From Candidatus Eiseniibacteriota bacterium (GTDB lineage: Bacteria > Eisenbacteria > RBG-16-71-46), in contig CAVUWA010000011.1 of the NCBI GenBank assembly GCA_963744995.1, forward strand, positions 160,001 through 224,000: a stretch of DNA of 64,000 nucleotides, written 5' to 3'. The number at the start of each line of letters is the position of its first letter. The first letter of the stretch is position 1. The notes beneath the pieces were generated by a model. It ran no database searches and had not been told where the DNA came from. It saw only the letters and a list, made by a program, of their open reading frames with translations. A program made the translations under genes and the position numbers. Shown in pieces: positions 51,688-60,833 of the stretch.

Positions 51688-53058
51688 GTGGCCAGGATCC
51701 AGCTTCGGGACATTTCCAATCGCCTTGCAGAATCCAATGGTGCCGACGAGGTGGTGTCGGAGTTCCTCGGTTATCTCCAAGCGGCGCGCCCCGATTGGCG
51801 CGCTTCGCTGGCGTTCTACGACGCCTCGAGCGACGCCCTGACGACCGTCTGCCAGCGGGACCGCCGTGGACTCGTGCAGAATGCCGTGGACCTCGGTGTC
51901 GACCTGCTGCCGGCCCGGCTCGTGCGAAAGTTCTTCCGACCGAGTGCGTTTTTCAACAGGTCCGGCAACCGCGGCCTGCTGGCCACGCTGATCCAGACCT
52001 CCCCGATCTATGAGGCCGCGCCGGCCGATCGTGACCGGCTCGCGCCCCTCGCGGCCATGCCCCACTGGAGGTCGTGCGTGTGCATGCCGCTCAACGACCG
52101 GGACCAGGTGATCGCGCTGCTGGTGCTCACGAGCATGGAGAAGGGCGCGTTTCCTTCGGGCGACATCGGCGACCTGATCCCGGTGCGCAGCATGGCGTCG
52201 CTGGCCCTGACCCAGCACCTGCGGGCCGCGGGCGAGACCCCGGGCGGCGCCGGCGAGGCGCATCTGCGCGAGACCGTGTCGGAGCTCCATGAGCGCGTCG
52301 AGACCCTGCAGCAGCACATGGCGGCGCTGGAGGCGGAGAAGCACGCTCTGGAAGAGCGCTGCGACAGCCTGTCCACCGAGCGCGACACGCTGTCGGAACG
52401 CGTGACCACCGGGCGGATGGAGATCGCGCGCCTCAAGACGTCGCTGCTGCAGGGTCGGCGGGCCGAGGCGGCGCCGCCGCAGCTGTCCGACGTCGATCCG
52501 CTGACGTTCGCGGCGCTCGAAGAATCGCAGCGTACGGTGCAGTTCATGCGCGAGGTCTTTCAGGTCTTGTCGCAGGAACATCGGCGCGAAGATTTCGCGG
52601 CGACACTGCTGACCTGGTACTGCGAGAATTTCGGCGTCGAACGCTGCAGCCTGATGATCTTCGACGCGCCGTCCGATTCGCTGCGCATCGCGGCGTTCCG
52701 TGGTATCGAGCCCGACATCGCGCGCAACGTGCGCGTGCGGCTCGGCGACGGCATCGCCGGGTGGGTCGCGCGACACCGCCGGCCGCTGTTCATCCGCGGC
52801 CGCGAAAACGAAGGGGGCTCCTTCCACACCGATCAGGACGCCTACAACTCCGACTCGTACATCAGCGTGCCGCTCGTCTACAACGGCCGCATGTTCGGCG
52901 TGCTGAACCTCAGCAACAAGCAGAACGGCGACATCTTCGACGACATCGACCTCGACCGCGCGACCCTCACGGGCGCGGTGCTGGGCATGGCGCTCGGCAG
53001 CCGCGAGCCGGCGGTGCGCCGCGCGGCCACGGAGGAGCGGCTGCAGGCTGCAGCCTGA
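51688..53058 (+). CDS. GAF-like - coiled coil - GAF protein with no output domain
   Basis: SCVCMPL..DQVIALL. Heptad region. ERCSLM, GDGIAGWVA, ISVPL..GRMFGVLNL. Confidence 0.8.
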   Translation: MARIQLRDISNRLAESNGADEVVSEFLGYLQAARPDWRASLAFYDASSDALTTVCQRDRRGLVQNAVDLGVDLLPARLVRKFFRPSAFFNRSGNRGLLATLIQTSPIYEAAPADRDRLAPLAAMPHWRSCVCMPLNDRDQVIALLVLTSMEKGAFPSGDIGDLIPVRSMASLALTQHLRAAGETPGGAGEAHLRETVSELHERVETLQQHMAALEAEKHALEERCDSLSTERDTLSERVTTGRMEIARLKTSLLQGRRAEAAPPQLSDVDPLTFAALEESQRTVQFMREVFQVLSQEHRREDFAATLLTWYCENFGVERCSLMIFDAPSDSLRIAAFRGIEPDIARNVRVRLGDGIAGWVARHRRPLFIRGRENEGGSFHTDQDAYNSDSYISVPLVYNGRMFGVLNLSNKQNGDIFDDIDLDRATLTGAVLGMALGSREPAVRRAATEERLQAAA

Positions 53059-53133
53059 GGTCGTGCGCGGCACGCAGACGACTGCGGGTCCGCGCCGCTC
53101 TTCCGACCCGCCGCTGCGCGCGGGGTGCAGCCG

Positions 53134-53646
53134 TCAGTCGCGGGCGTCGCGGAAGCGCGCGAGCGCCCGGCGGTGCGCCTCGAAGGCGATCTCGTCGGGC
53201 AGCCGGTCGAGCGTGAACCAGCGTGCATCGGTCGCGTCGTCGCCGGCGACGAGCTCGCCTCCCACGCGGCGGGCGGTATAGAGGATCAGCACCGCACGCA
53301 CGCGCGGATCGTCGAGCCCGGCGAAGACGCCGAACAACCCGGTGAGTTCGGCCTCGAGGCCGGTCTCTTCCTGCAGCTCGCGGACCGCGCAGGCCTCGGG
53401 GGTCTCGCCGTATTCGATGAACCCGGCGGGCAGGCACCAGGCGCCGGGGCGCGGCGCGAATTTGCGCCGCACCAGCAGCACCTCGCCCCCGTTCGGCAGG
53501 ATGACGCCGGCGGCGGGGGCGGGGTTCCGGTAGTGGACGTAGCCGCACGCCGGGCACACCTGGCGCAGCGTGCCGTGATCGTCACGCGGCTCGAGCACGG
53601 TGGCGCAACGCGGACAGTGGCGGAAGCGCGGATCGAACGAGGACAT
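53134..53646 (-). CDS. NUDIX hydrolase with N-terminal zinc ribbon
   Basis: CPRC..CPAC. Nudix box GFIEYGETPEACAVRELQEETGL. Confidence 0.92.
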   Translation of the reverse strand: MSSFDPRFRHCPRCATVLEPRDDHGTLRQVCPACGYVHYRNPAPAAGVILPNGGEVLLVRRKFAPRPGAWCLPAGFIEYGETPEACAVRELQEETGLEAELTGLFGVFAGLDDPRVRAVLILYTARRVGGELVAGDDATDARWFTLDRLPDEIAFEAHRRALARFRDARD

Positions 53647-53876
53647 GAGCGCGCGACGTTACGCGGCGGCCCGAGCGCGGTGCAACCCGCGCCGCCGGAC
53701 GGGAAATGACGAGGCCCGGCCGCCATGCACGGCCGGGCGCTCGTCTTGCCGCCGCCCCAGAGGGCGTCGCGCTGCACCTTCCCGTTCGTTCATCGCCCCA
53801 TGCTGGCACCTGAAGTGTTGAACGGGTCGGATCGACGCCCCCGCACGGGGCGACGGCGACTCCGGGCGGGGTCCCC

Positions 53877-55097
53877 TCAGTCCCCGTCCTCGTCCTGCAT
53901 TCGATCGAGCCGGCGTCCCAGCTCACGCATCTCTTCCTTCAACCGTTCCATCTCGCGGCGCAGCTGCTGCTCGTCGTCGCGGTTGCGCAGGCGCTCCGAG
54001 CGCTGGCGCATCCGGTCGGCCTGCACGCGGGCGCGATCGGCGTGCGCGCGGGCGCGGTCGGCCAGCTCGCGAATCTGTTCAGGCGTGCGATCGCCGCTCC
54101 ATGACCAGGCGTGAACGCCCGGCGCGCGCGCCAGGGTCGGATGCAGCGTCTGCGTCCGACCCTTGCGGATCACCGTCACGTCCACATCGCCCTCGTCGGC
54201 GGCACGCACCGCGGCCATGAGATCGTCCGTATCGTCGATCGATTTGCCGTCGAAGCGGGTGATCACGTCGCCGGCCTTCATCCCGGCCTTGTCCGCCGCA
54301 GAACCCTCGACCACGCGCGTGACCAGCGCGCCCTTGTCCGTCTCGAAGTACGACCCCAGGTCGCCGTTCAGATCCTGGATCTGCACGCCGAGCCGCCCCT
54401 GGCCGCCCAGCACCCGGAGGCCCTTCAGCCCTTCGAGGTCCTTGAGGCCTTCCAGCTCGTGGAGCTCGGGGATCGTGACGTCGCCGTCGTCGTCGAAGCG
54501 GAAGGCGTGCGGGCCTTCGTCGCCACCCTTGAAGCGGTAGATCCTGGTGTCGCCGTCGCCGTTCTTTTCGATCCGCACGCGGCCGTTGTCGAAGACCTTC
54601 ACGTCGTCGTGATCGTCGTCACCGTTCTCGTCATCGCCATGATCGTCGTCGCTGCGCCACGTCCAGCGCTCGGCGCGCGGCGCGAGCGCGTCCCCGGAGC
54701 GCGCCGCCAGCGTCACGTTGAAGGTGCGCCGGACGCCGTCGCGGTCGGCGAGAATCGCCACGCGCTGGCCGACCCGGGCGGCGCGCACCAGATTCACGAG
54801 ATCACCGGCGTCGTCGATCTGCCGGTTGTTGAAGCGGATCAGCACGTCGCCCTTGCGGATTCCTGCATCGTCCGCCGGACTGCCGTCGACGACGCCGCTC
54901 ACGAGCACGCCGTCGCCGTTGTAGCCGAGCCCTTCGCGCAGCCCGCTGGTGAGGTCCTGGGTGTAGACCCCCAGCCAGGCGCCCTCCTTTTCGGCCGCTG
55001 CGGCGGTGCGCACCGCCGCGCCGATCCCGATGGCGGCGACCAGCAGCGCACCGGCGCCCGCCAGCCATCTCCATCGCGGTCCGATCTGTCGCATCAC
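53877..55097 (-). CDS. Exported tandem-PDZ protein without a protease domain
   Basis: Signal peptide. WLGV..GSPADDAGIRKGDV and RLGV..GSAADKAGMKAGDVI. C-terminal coiled coil. Confidence 0.85.
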   Translation of the reverse strand: MMRQIGPRWRWLAGAGALLVAAIGIGAAVRTAAAAEKEGAWLGVYTQDLTSGLREGLGYNGDGVLVSGVVDGSPADDAGIRKGDVLIRFNNRQIDDAGDLVNLVRAARVGQRVAILADRDGVRRTFNVTLAARSGDALAPRAERWTWRSDDDHGDDENGDDDHDDVKVFDNGRVRIEKNGDGDTRIYRFKGGDEGPHAFRFDDDGDVTIPELHELEGLKDLEGLKGLRVLGGQGRLGVQIQDLNGDLGSYFETDKGALVTRVVEGSAADKAGMKAGDVITRFDGKSIDDTDDLMAAVRAADEGDVDVTVIRKGRTQTLHPTLARAPGVHAWSWSGDRTPEQIRELADRARAHADRARVQADRMRQRSERLRNRDDEQQLRREMERLKEEMRELGRRLDRMQDEDGD

Positions 55098-55152
55098 ATT
55101 TCCCCCTGTGCTAGCTTCGCCAGCCGTTCAAATCGCCGGTGCACTCATGAAG

Positions 55153-55178
55153 AACCACGCAGGGCCCGCACCGGTTCC
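55153..55178 (-). promoter_or_regulatory. Putative ECF-sigma promoter
   Basis: Minus strand GGAAC-N18-GTT upstream of the PDZ gene. Confidence 0.5.
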
Positions 55179-55218
55179 AGGAACCTCGCGTCATTCGGTC
55201 AGATCGGTCACGGGCGCC

Positions 55219-56595
55219 ATGAAGGTCAACGACCTGTTAAACCTCGAGATTCTGGACATCGCGCCCGGCGGAAAGGCGCTGGCCAGGGTCGACGGCCGGG
55301 TCGTGTTCGTCGACCGGGGGCTCCCCGGTGACCGGTTGACGGCGCGGGTCAGAAAAACCCGGCGGGGGTTCGTCGAGGCGGCGCTGGAATCGCTCGAGGG
55401 CGGCGCACCCGGTCGCGTCGACGCCCCCTGCCCGCACGTCGCCCGCTGCGGCGGCTGCCGGTTCCAGGACCTCGACTACGGCGCCCAGCTCGTCCTGAAG
55501 CAGCGCCAGGTCGTGGAGACGCTCGAGCGGCTCGGCGGCCAGCGCGCTCCGCGCGTGCACGCGATTCGCCCCGCGCCCGCGCGCTTTCACTACCGCAACA
55601 AGATGGAGTTCTCTTTCCATCCGGAGTCCGACGGCGCGCCGGCGCTCGGCCTTCACGAGCGCGGCCACTTCGAGCGCGTCTTCCGCGTGCACGGCTGCAT
55701 GCTGCCGAGCGCGCTCACGATGGACATCGTGCGCGTCACGCAGGCGTTCGCGCTCGAGCGACGCTGGCGCGCGTATCACCCGCGCACGCACCAGGGCGTG
55801 GTGCGCTTCCTCACCGTGCGCCACCTGCCCCACACCGCGCAGTGCGGCGTGCACCTGATCGCCGCGTCGGAGGACGTGCCCGCGGTCGGCGAGTGGGCGC
55901 ACGCGATCGCCGCGCTCTCGGACGAAATCCGCACGGTGACGATCGGCATCAACCGCTCCCGCGCCAACGTGGCGTTCGGCGAGTCGCACCGCGCCCTGAC
56001 CGGCGACGGCATGCTGCTCGAGCGTCTCGGCGGCCTCGAGTTCGAGGCGGGGCCGAATGCATTCCTGCAAACCAACAGCGATCAGGCCGAAGCGCTCTAC
56101 GGCGCCGCGGTCGAGGCCGCGGCCCTCGGGGCCGAAGAAACGGTGCTCGACCTCTATTGCGGCACGGGGACGCTCACCCTGCTGCTGGCGCGACGCGCGG
56201 CGCGGGCCATGGGCGTCGAAAGCGTTCCCGAGGCCGTCGCCAGCGCGCGCCGCAACGCGCAGCGCAACGGCATCGGCAACGCGACGTTCGTCGAGGGTGA
56301 GGCGCGTCCGATCATGCGTCAGTGGGCGCGCGGCGAACGCCCCGACCGGCCGCCCGCGAGCGTGGTCGTCGTCGACCCGCCGCGCGCGGGCCTGCACCCG
56401 CGCGTGGTGTTCCGCGTCGCCGAACTCGCCCCGCGCCGCATCGTCTACGTGTCGTGCAACCCGGCGACGCTCGCCCGCGACGTCAGGGACTTCGAGGCCC
56501 GGGGTTACCGCCTCCTCGAGACGACGCCTTTCGACATGTTCCCGCACACGCCGCACATCGAATGCGTGGCGGTGCTCGCCCCGGCGAACGGCTGA
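55219..56595 (+). CDS. rlmD: 23S rRNA m5U1939 methyltransferase
   Basis: TRAM domain, CPHVARCGGC, YRNKMEFSF, DLYCGTG, DPPRAG, YVSCNP, DMFPHTPHIE. Confidence 0.9.
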   Translation: MKVNDLLNLEILDIAPGGKALARVDGRVVFVDRGLPGDRLTARVRKTRRGFVEAALESLEGGAPGRVDAPCPHVARCGGCRFQDLDYGAQLVLKQRQVVETLERLGGQRAPRVHAIRPAPARFHYRNKMEFSFHPESDGAPALGLHERGHFERVFRVHGCMLPSALTMDIVRVTQAFALERRWRAYHPRTHQGVVRFLTVRHLPHTAQCGVHLIAASEDVPAVGEWAHAIAALSDEIRTVTIGINRSRANVAFGESHRALTGDGMLLERLGGLEFEAGPNAFLQTNSDQAEALYGAAVEAAALGAEETVLDLYCGTGTLTLLLARRAARAMGVESVPEAVASARRNAQRNGIGNATFVEGEARPIMRQWARGERPDRPPASVVVVDPPRAGLHPRVVFRVAELAPRRIVYVSCNPATLARDVRDFEARGYRLLETTPFDMFPHTPHIECVAVLAPANG

Positions 56596-56780
56596 AGCGT
56601 GGAGCTCGGCGGCCATCTCCTCTACGATCCACCCTGCCGGGCCTGCCGGCTTCCCAGGGGCACAGGTCGGCCCGGTGTTCCCATGGCCTCGCCGTGGGGG
56701 ATGGCGCTCCCGATCCACCGGCCGGCCCGGTGGCGGTTCGCCTGGCCAGGTGGTGTCGTGGACGAGTCCGGGGGTTCGGC

Positions 56781-57554
56781 GTGAGCCTGACGGTGACGGT
56801 CATTGCCCGTGACGAGGAACGACGGCTGGCTCGATGTCTCGGCAGCCTCTCCTGGGCCGACGAGCTCGTCGTCGTGGTGGACGATCGCACCCGGGACGGA
56901 ACCGCGGACGTCGCCCGACGCTTCAGCGACAGGGTGTACGTGCGACCCTTCGAGGGATATGCGGCGCAGCGGACCTGGGCCGAGACCCAGGCCTCCGGCG
57001 ACTGGGTCCTCTGGGTCGATGCGGACGAAGCGGCTTCGGATGGACTGGGAGAGGAAGTTCTCGGTGCCATTGCATCCGGGCGCCACACGGCCTATCGAAT
57101 GCCCCGCCTCGACCTGATGTTCGGGCGCTGGATACGCCACGGCGGCTGGTATCCGCAGTATCACATCCGGCTGTACCGCAAGGGAACGGTGCGCTGGCAG
57201 GGCGACGTGCACGAACGGCCCGTGGTCGAGGGCACGCTCGGGACGCTGCGGTCGCCGTTTCTCCACTTCGCGCATCACTCGATCACGGAGTGGGTCGAGA
57301 AGATGAGCCGCTACACCACGCTCGAGGCGCAGGAGATGCATCGGCACGGAGCCCGGTCGGGGGTGCTGCGAGTCACCGTGGAACCCGTCCTCTATGGCGG
57401 CTACAAGTACTTCGTCCAGCGCGGGTTCCTCGACGGCATGCACGGGCTCGTGCTGGCCGCGCTGATGGGCTGCTACCGGCTCGTGCGGAATTTGAAGCTC
57501 TGGGACCTGCGCCGGGAGGCGCGGAAGGGCAGCGGGGATCCCGGACAGCCATGA
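56781..57554 (+). CDS. GT2 glycosyltransferase (WaaE/KdtX-like)
   Basis: IARDEE, WVLWVDADE, GGWYP, VHE, GFLDG. Confidence 0.88.
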   Translation: MSLTVTVIARDEERRLARCLGSLSWADELVVVVDDRTRDGTADVARRFSDRVYVRPFEGYAAQRTWAETQASGDWVLWVDADEAASDGLGEEVLGAIASGRHTAYRMPRLDLMFGRWIRHGGWYPQYHIRLYRKGTVRWQGDVHERPVVEGTLGTLRSPFLHFAHHSITEWVEKMSRYTTLEAQEMHRHGARSGVLRVTVEPVLYGGYKYFVQRGFLDGMHGLVLAALMGCYRLVRNLKLWDLRREARKGSGDPGQP

Positions 57555-58531
57555 GTGCGTGCGTCTCGACCGTCATCGTGAGCTACAACACCCGCGACAT
57601 GCTCGATCGCTGCCTCGCGAGCCTTCGCGCCGGGGTCGGCAAGCGCTCCCTGCAGGTCATCGTCGTGGACAACGGCTCGGACGACGGCAGCGTGGAAATG
57701 GTGAAGCGCCGGCATCCCGGCACCGTGCTGATCGAGGCCGGCGAGAACCTCGGTTTCGGCCGGGCGACGAATCTGGGCACCGCCCGTGCGGAAGGTAAGT
57801 GGATCGTCTGGCTCAACAGCGACTGCGAGGTGGCGGGCGACAGCCTGGAGAAGCTGTGCGCGTACCTCGAGGAGCACGCGGCGGTCGGGGCCGTCGGCCC
57901 GCTGCTGCTCCATCCGGATGGCCGGGTGCAGCCCTCCGCGCAGGCCTTTCCCACCGCCGCGAGGCTGCTGGGCCACTTCCTCGGCCTCAGGCGTCTGGCC
58001 GGGACGAGATTCATGCGGCGCCTGCTGCGCCGGGCGGCCGCGGGCCTGGGCCCGTTCATGCGCGGCTATCTCGATGCATTCGAGGAGGACACGGGACCCC
58101 GGCGCGTGGACTGGCTCTCGGGGGCGTGCATCGCGACGCCGGCCGAGGTGCTGCGGAGCGTCGGCCTTTTCGACGAAGCCTTCTTCATGTACTCCGAGGA
58201 CACGGACTGGTGCCACCGGGTGCGTGATGCGGGCTACGAGATCCATCAGGTTCCGGAATCGCGCGTCGTGCATCACGTCGGCGCGAGCCGCTCCCGAAAT
58301 CCCGAAGCGACGGTTCACTACTACCGGAGTCTGTACCTCTACTACGAGCGGCATCGGCCCGGGAGCATGGCGCTGGTGCGGCTCCTGATGGCGGGCGGCT
58401 CGGCGGCCCGCGGGGTGGCGCGCTGGCTGGCCTCCCTGGCCTCGCGGGAGCGGCGACCGAATCCATGGTGGCGGGTGCTGCGGATCTGCTGGCGCGGCGA
58501 TCCGGGCCCGGCGGGAGCCATCGTCTCGTGA
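57551..58531 (+). CDS. GT2 glycosyltransferase (WbbL-like)
   Basis: VSYNT, VDNGSDDGS, NLGFG, LNSD, FFMYSEDTDWC. Confidence 0.9.
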   Translation: MSACVSTVIVSYNTRDMLDRCLASLRAGVGKRSLQVIVVDNGSDDGSVEMVKRRHPGTVLIEAGENLGFGRATNLGTARAEGKWIVWLNSDCEVAGDSLEKLCAYLEEHAAVGAVGPLLLHPDGRVQPSAQAFPTAARLLGHFLGLRRLAGTRFMRRLLRRAAAGLGPFMRGYLDAFEEDTGPRRVDWLSGACIATPAEVLRSVGLFDEAFFMYSEDTDWCHRVRDAGYEIHQVPESRVVHHVGASRSRNPEATVHYYRSLYLYYERHRPGSMALVRLLMAGGSAARGVARWLASLASRERRPNPWWRVLRICWRGDPGPAGAIVS

Positions 58532-59478
58532 GCGCATCGCCGGCGCCGGACGGGCCGCTCGCCAGCGCGATCGTCATCGCCTACCGCAGCGCCGATGTGA
58601 TCGGCGCGTGCCTGGCCTCGCTGGAGCCGGACGTCCGGGCCGGCCGGCTCGAGGTCGTGGTGGTGGACAATGCGTCGCCCGATCACTCAGCGGACGTGGT
58701 GCGCCGGGATTTCCCCTGGGTGCGGCTCGTGACCTCGCCGCGCAACCTCGGGTTTGCGGGCGGGGTCAACCTGGGCCTGCGCGCGGCGCGCGGGGAGCAC
58801 TTCGCCCTCGTCAATCCCGACACGGTCGTGCCACAGGGAGCGATCGAGGGGCTGGTGGGATACCTGCGGGAGCATCCCCGCGTCGGCGTCGCGGGGCCGC
58901 GGGTCGTGCGCCCCTCGGGGCGCGTCGAATACACCGCCGCCTTCCGTCCCACGTTCCGCGGCGAGGTCATCAGCTCGCTGGGCCTGTTCGTGTTCCGTCG
59001 CTGGGTTCCGAGCTGGCGCCCGGACGTCCTGCTGGATCTGCCCGCCGTGCCGACTCCGGTCGACGTCGTGACAGGGTGCTTCATGATGTTCCCCCGGCAC
59101 GTCTTCGAGGCGGTCGGCGAATTCGACGAACAGTTCTTCATGTACGTGGAGGACGTGGACTGGTGCGTGCGTGTGCGCGAGGCGGGTTACGAGGTGCACT
59201 ACGTGCCGACGTGGAGCGTGGTGCACGAGAGGAGCCATGGGGGCAGCAATCAGAGCCTGACGCCCATGGATGGAGCGGGCAACCTCGAGTACTACTTCCG
59301 CAAGCACGGCGTGCCGCACTCGCCGGTGGCGCTTCGCTGGCTGCGCCGCTGGCATTACCTGACCCGTGCGCTCTGGCTGATCGGCCGGGCCGCCACCGGG
59401 CAGCCCGGGGCGCTGACCGAAGCCCGCCGCGCCTGGATCACGCTGAGTCGCTCGTTCGGGCGTGCGTCGTCGCGCTGA
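58528..59478 (+). CDS. GT2 glycosyltransferase (WbbL-like)
   Basis: VDNAS, NLGFAGGVN, VNPD, FFMYVEDVDWC. Confidence 0.9.
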   Translation: MSASPAPDGPLASAIVIAYRSADVIGACLASLEPDVRAGRLEVVVVDNASPDHSADVVRRDFPWVRLVTSPRNLGFAGGVNLGLRAARGEHFALVNPDTVVPQGAIEGLVGYLREHPRVGVAGPRVVRPSGRVEYTAAFRPTFRGEVISSLGLFVFRRWVPSWRPDVLLDLPAVPTPVDVVTGCFMMFPRHVFEAVGEFDEQFFMYVEDVDWCVRVREAGYEVHYVPTWSVVHERSHGGSNQSLTPMDGAGNLEYYFRKHGVPHSPVALRWLRRWHYLTRALWLIGRAATGQPGALTEARRAWITLSRSFGRASSR

Positions 59479-59490
59479 CGCCCGGCGCTG

Positions 59491-60009
59491 CTAGTGCGCC
59501 TCCGTCTTCCTCCACTCGAGCATGCCGCCGTCCATGTTGCCGACGTCGGTGAATCCGGCGTTCGCGAGCGTCTGGCGCGCCTGCTCGCTGCGACGCCCGG
59601 AGCGACACACGGTGACGATCGGCTTGTTGCGCCAGGCCTCCAGCTCCCCGATGCGCGACGGCAGATCGGGCAGCGGAATCTGCTTCGCGCCGTCGATGTG
59701 ACCCAGCGCGTCGTTCCACTCTTCCGGCTGCCGGACGTCGAGCACCAGCACGTCGGGGTCCTGCTTCAGCAGCTGGCGCACGTCGTCCGGGGTCAAATGG
59801 GTCGCGAGCGGCTCCCCGGGAGGCACGGCGACTGCTGCGTCACCGGAGCCCGTGGCGGCGACCGGCGCCTGCGCGACGTGCGCGGACTCGCCCGAGGTCG
59901 CGGCCTGCTCGGCGCTTCCGTGACAGCCTGCGATCGCGAGGGCGAAAAGCCCCACGATCAGCGCGGCGCGCGCGCCCTGCCCCACGCTCCCTTGCGGGGC
60001 CGTTGACAT
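59491..60009 (-). CDS. Rhodanese-domain lipoprotein; start uncertain
   Basis: Lipobox AIAGC. LDVRQPEEW, GHIDGA, CRSGRRS, GGMLEW. Confidence 0.85.
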   Translation of the reverse strand: MSTAPQGSVGQGARAALIVGLFALAIAGCHGSAEQAATSGESAHVAQAPVAATGSGDAAVAVPPGEPLATHLTPDDVRQLLKQDPDVLVLDVRQPEEWNDALGHIDGAKQIPLPDLPSRIGELEAWRNKPIVTVCRSGRRSEQARQTLANAGFTDVGNMDGGMLEWRKTEAH

Positions 60010-60043
60010 GCCGGCCGGCCGCACTGTGCTACGCTCCCTGGCC

Positions 60044-60778
60044 ATGAATCGACCTGCCTTTCTGGTTCTGTGCCTGGGGCTGCTGCTCGCTGCCCCCGCG
60101 GCCGGCGACATCGAAACGCTGGACGCCGGCGTCTACGAAGTCTATCAGGGCAGTCACGCCCTGGGCGTCGAGAAGTTCGCTTTCGAGCGTCACAGTGACA
60201 GCCTGTTCGTCCATTGCCAGGTGCTGCAGAAGATCCCGAAGCCGGACGGCAGCGAGGCGACGCTCGACAAGACGATGCGTCTGCTCACGCGCCGGTTCGA
60301 CGGCGGGCTCGTGCTCTACGAGTCGGTGCAATCGCTCGACGGCGTCAAGCTGACGCGCGCGATCGTCCCGAAGGACACCGCGATGACCGTGTTCCGGGAA
60401 GGCGCCAACGAAGGGCAGGGCGACACGATCGTGCGGCCGCCGGGCCGGATCTTCATCATCGACCCGCAGGTGTTCACCCTCTTCGACGTCATCTGTCGCG
60501 AGATCGGCACCCGCGAGTTCGACGAGCGTCGTATCCAGCTGTTCGTGCTCGCGGCGCGGGACACCAGCGTCGAGGCCACGGTGACCGACATGGGCACCGA
60601 GACCATCCGCTGGGGCGCGAAGCCGGTCCAGGCGCGCAAGCTCAGGATCGCCGACCAGACGTCGGAGTTCTTCGCCATGGTCGGCTCGCAGGGCCACATG
60701 CTGCAGCTCCTGCAGCCCGAGACCGGTCTGCGCGTCGTGCGCAAGGCGAAGGACGTGAAGCCGCCGGCCGCGCGCTGA
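60044..60778 (+). CDS. Hypothetical secreted beta-rich protein
   Basis: Signal peptide MNRPAFLVLCLGLLLAAPAAG. Host-like codon usage. Confidence 0.7.
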   Translation: MNRPAFLVLCLGLLLAAPAAGDIETLDAGVYEVYQGSHALGVEKFAFERHSDSLFVHCQVLQKIPKPDGSEATLDKTMRLLTRRFDGGLVLYESVQSLDGVKLTRAIVPKDTAMTVFREGANEGQGDTIVRPPGRIFIIDPQVFTLFDVICREIGTREFDERRIQLFVLAARDTSVEATVTDMGTETIRWGAKPVQARKLRIADQTSEFFAMVGSQGHMLQLLQPETGLRVVRKAKDVKPPAAR

Positions 60779-60833
60779 CGGCCGCCGCGGTGGCGGCCCG
60801 CCGGCCACCGCAATCAACGAAAACACCGCTTCG

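Noticed and set aside
56781..59478. Three GT2 genes as a novel system
   Set aside because: Ordinary LPS/surface-glycan glycosyltransferase cluster.
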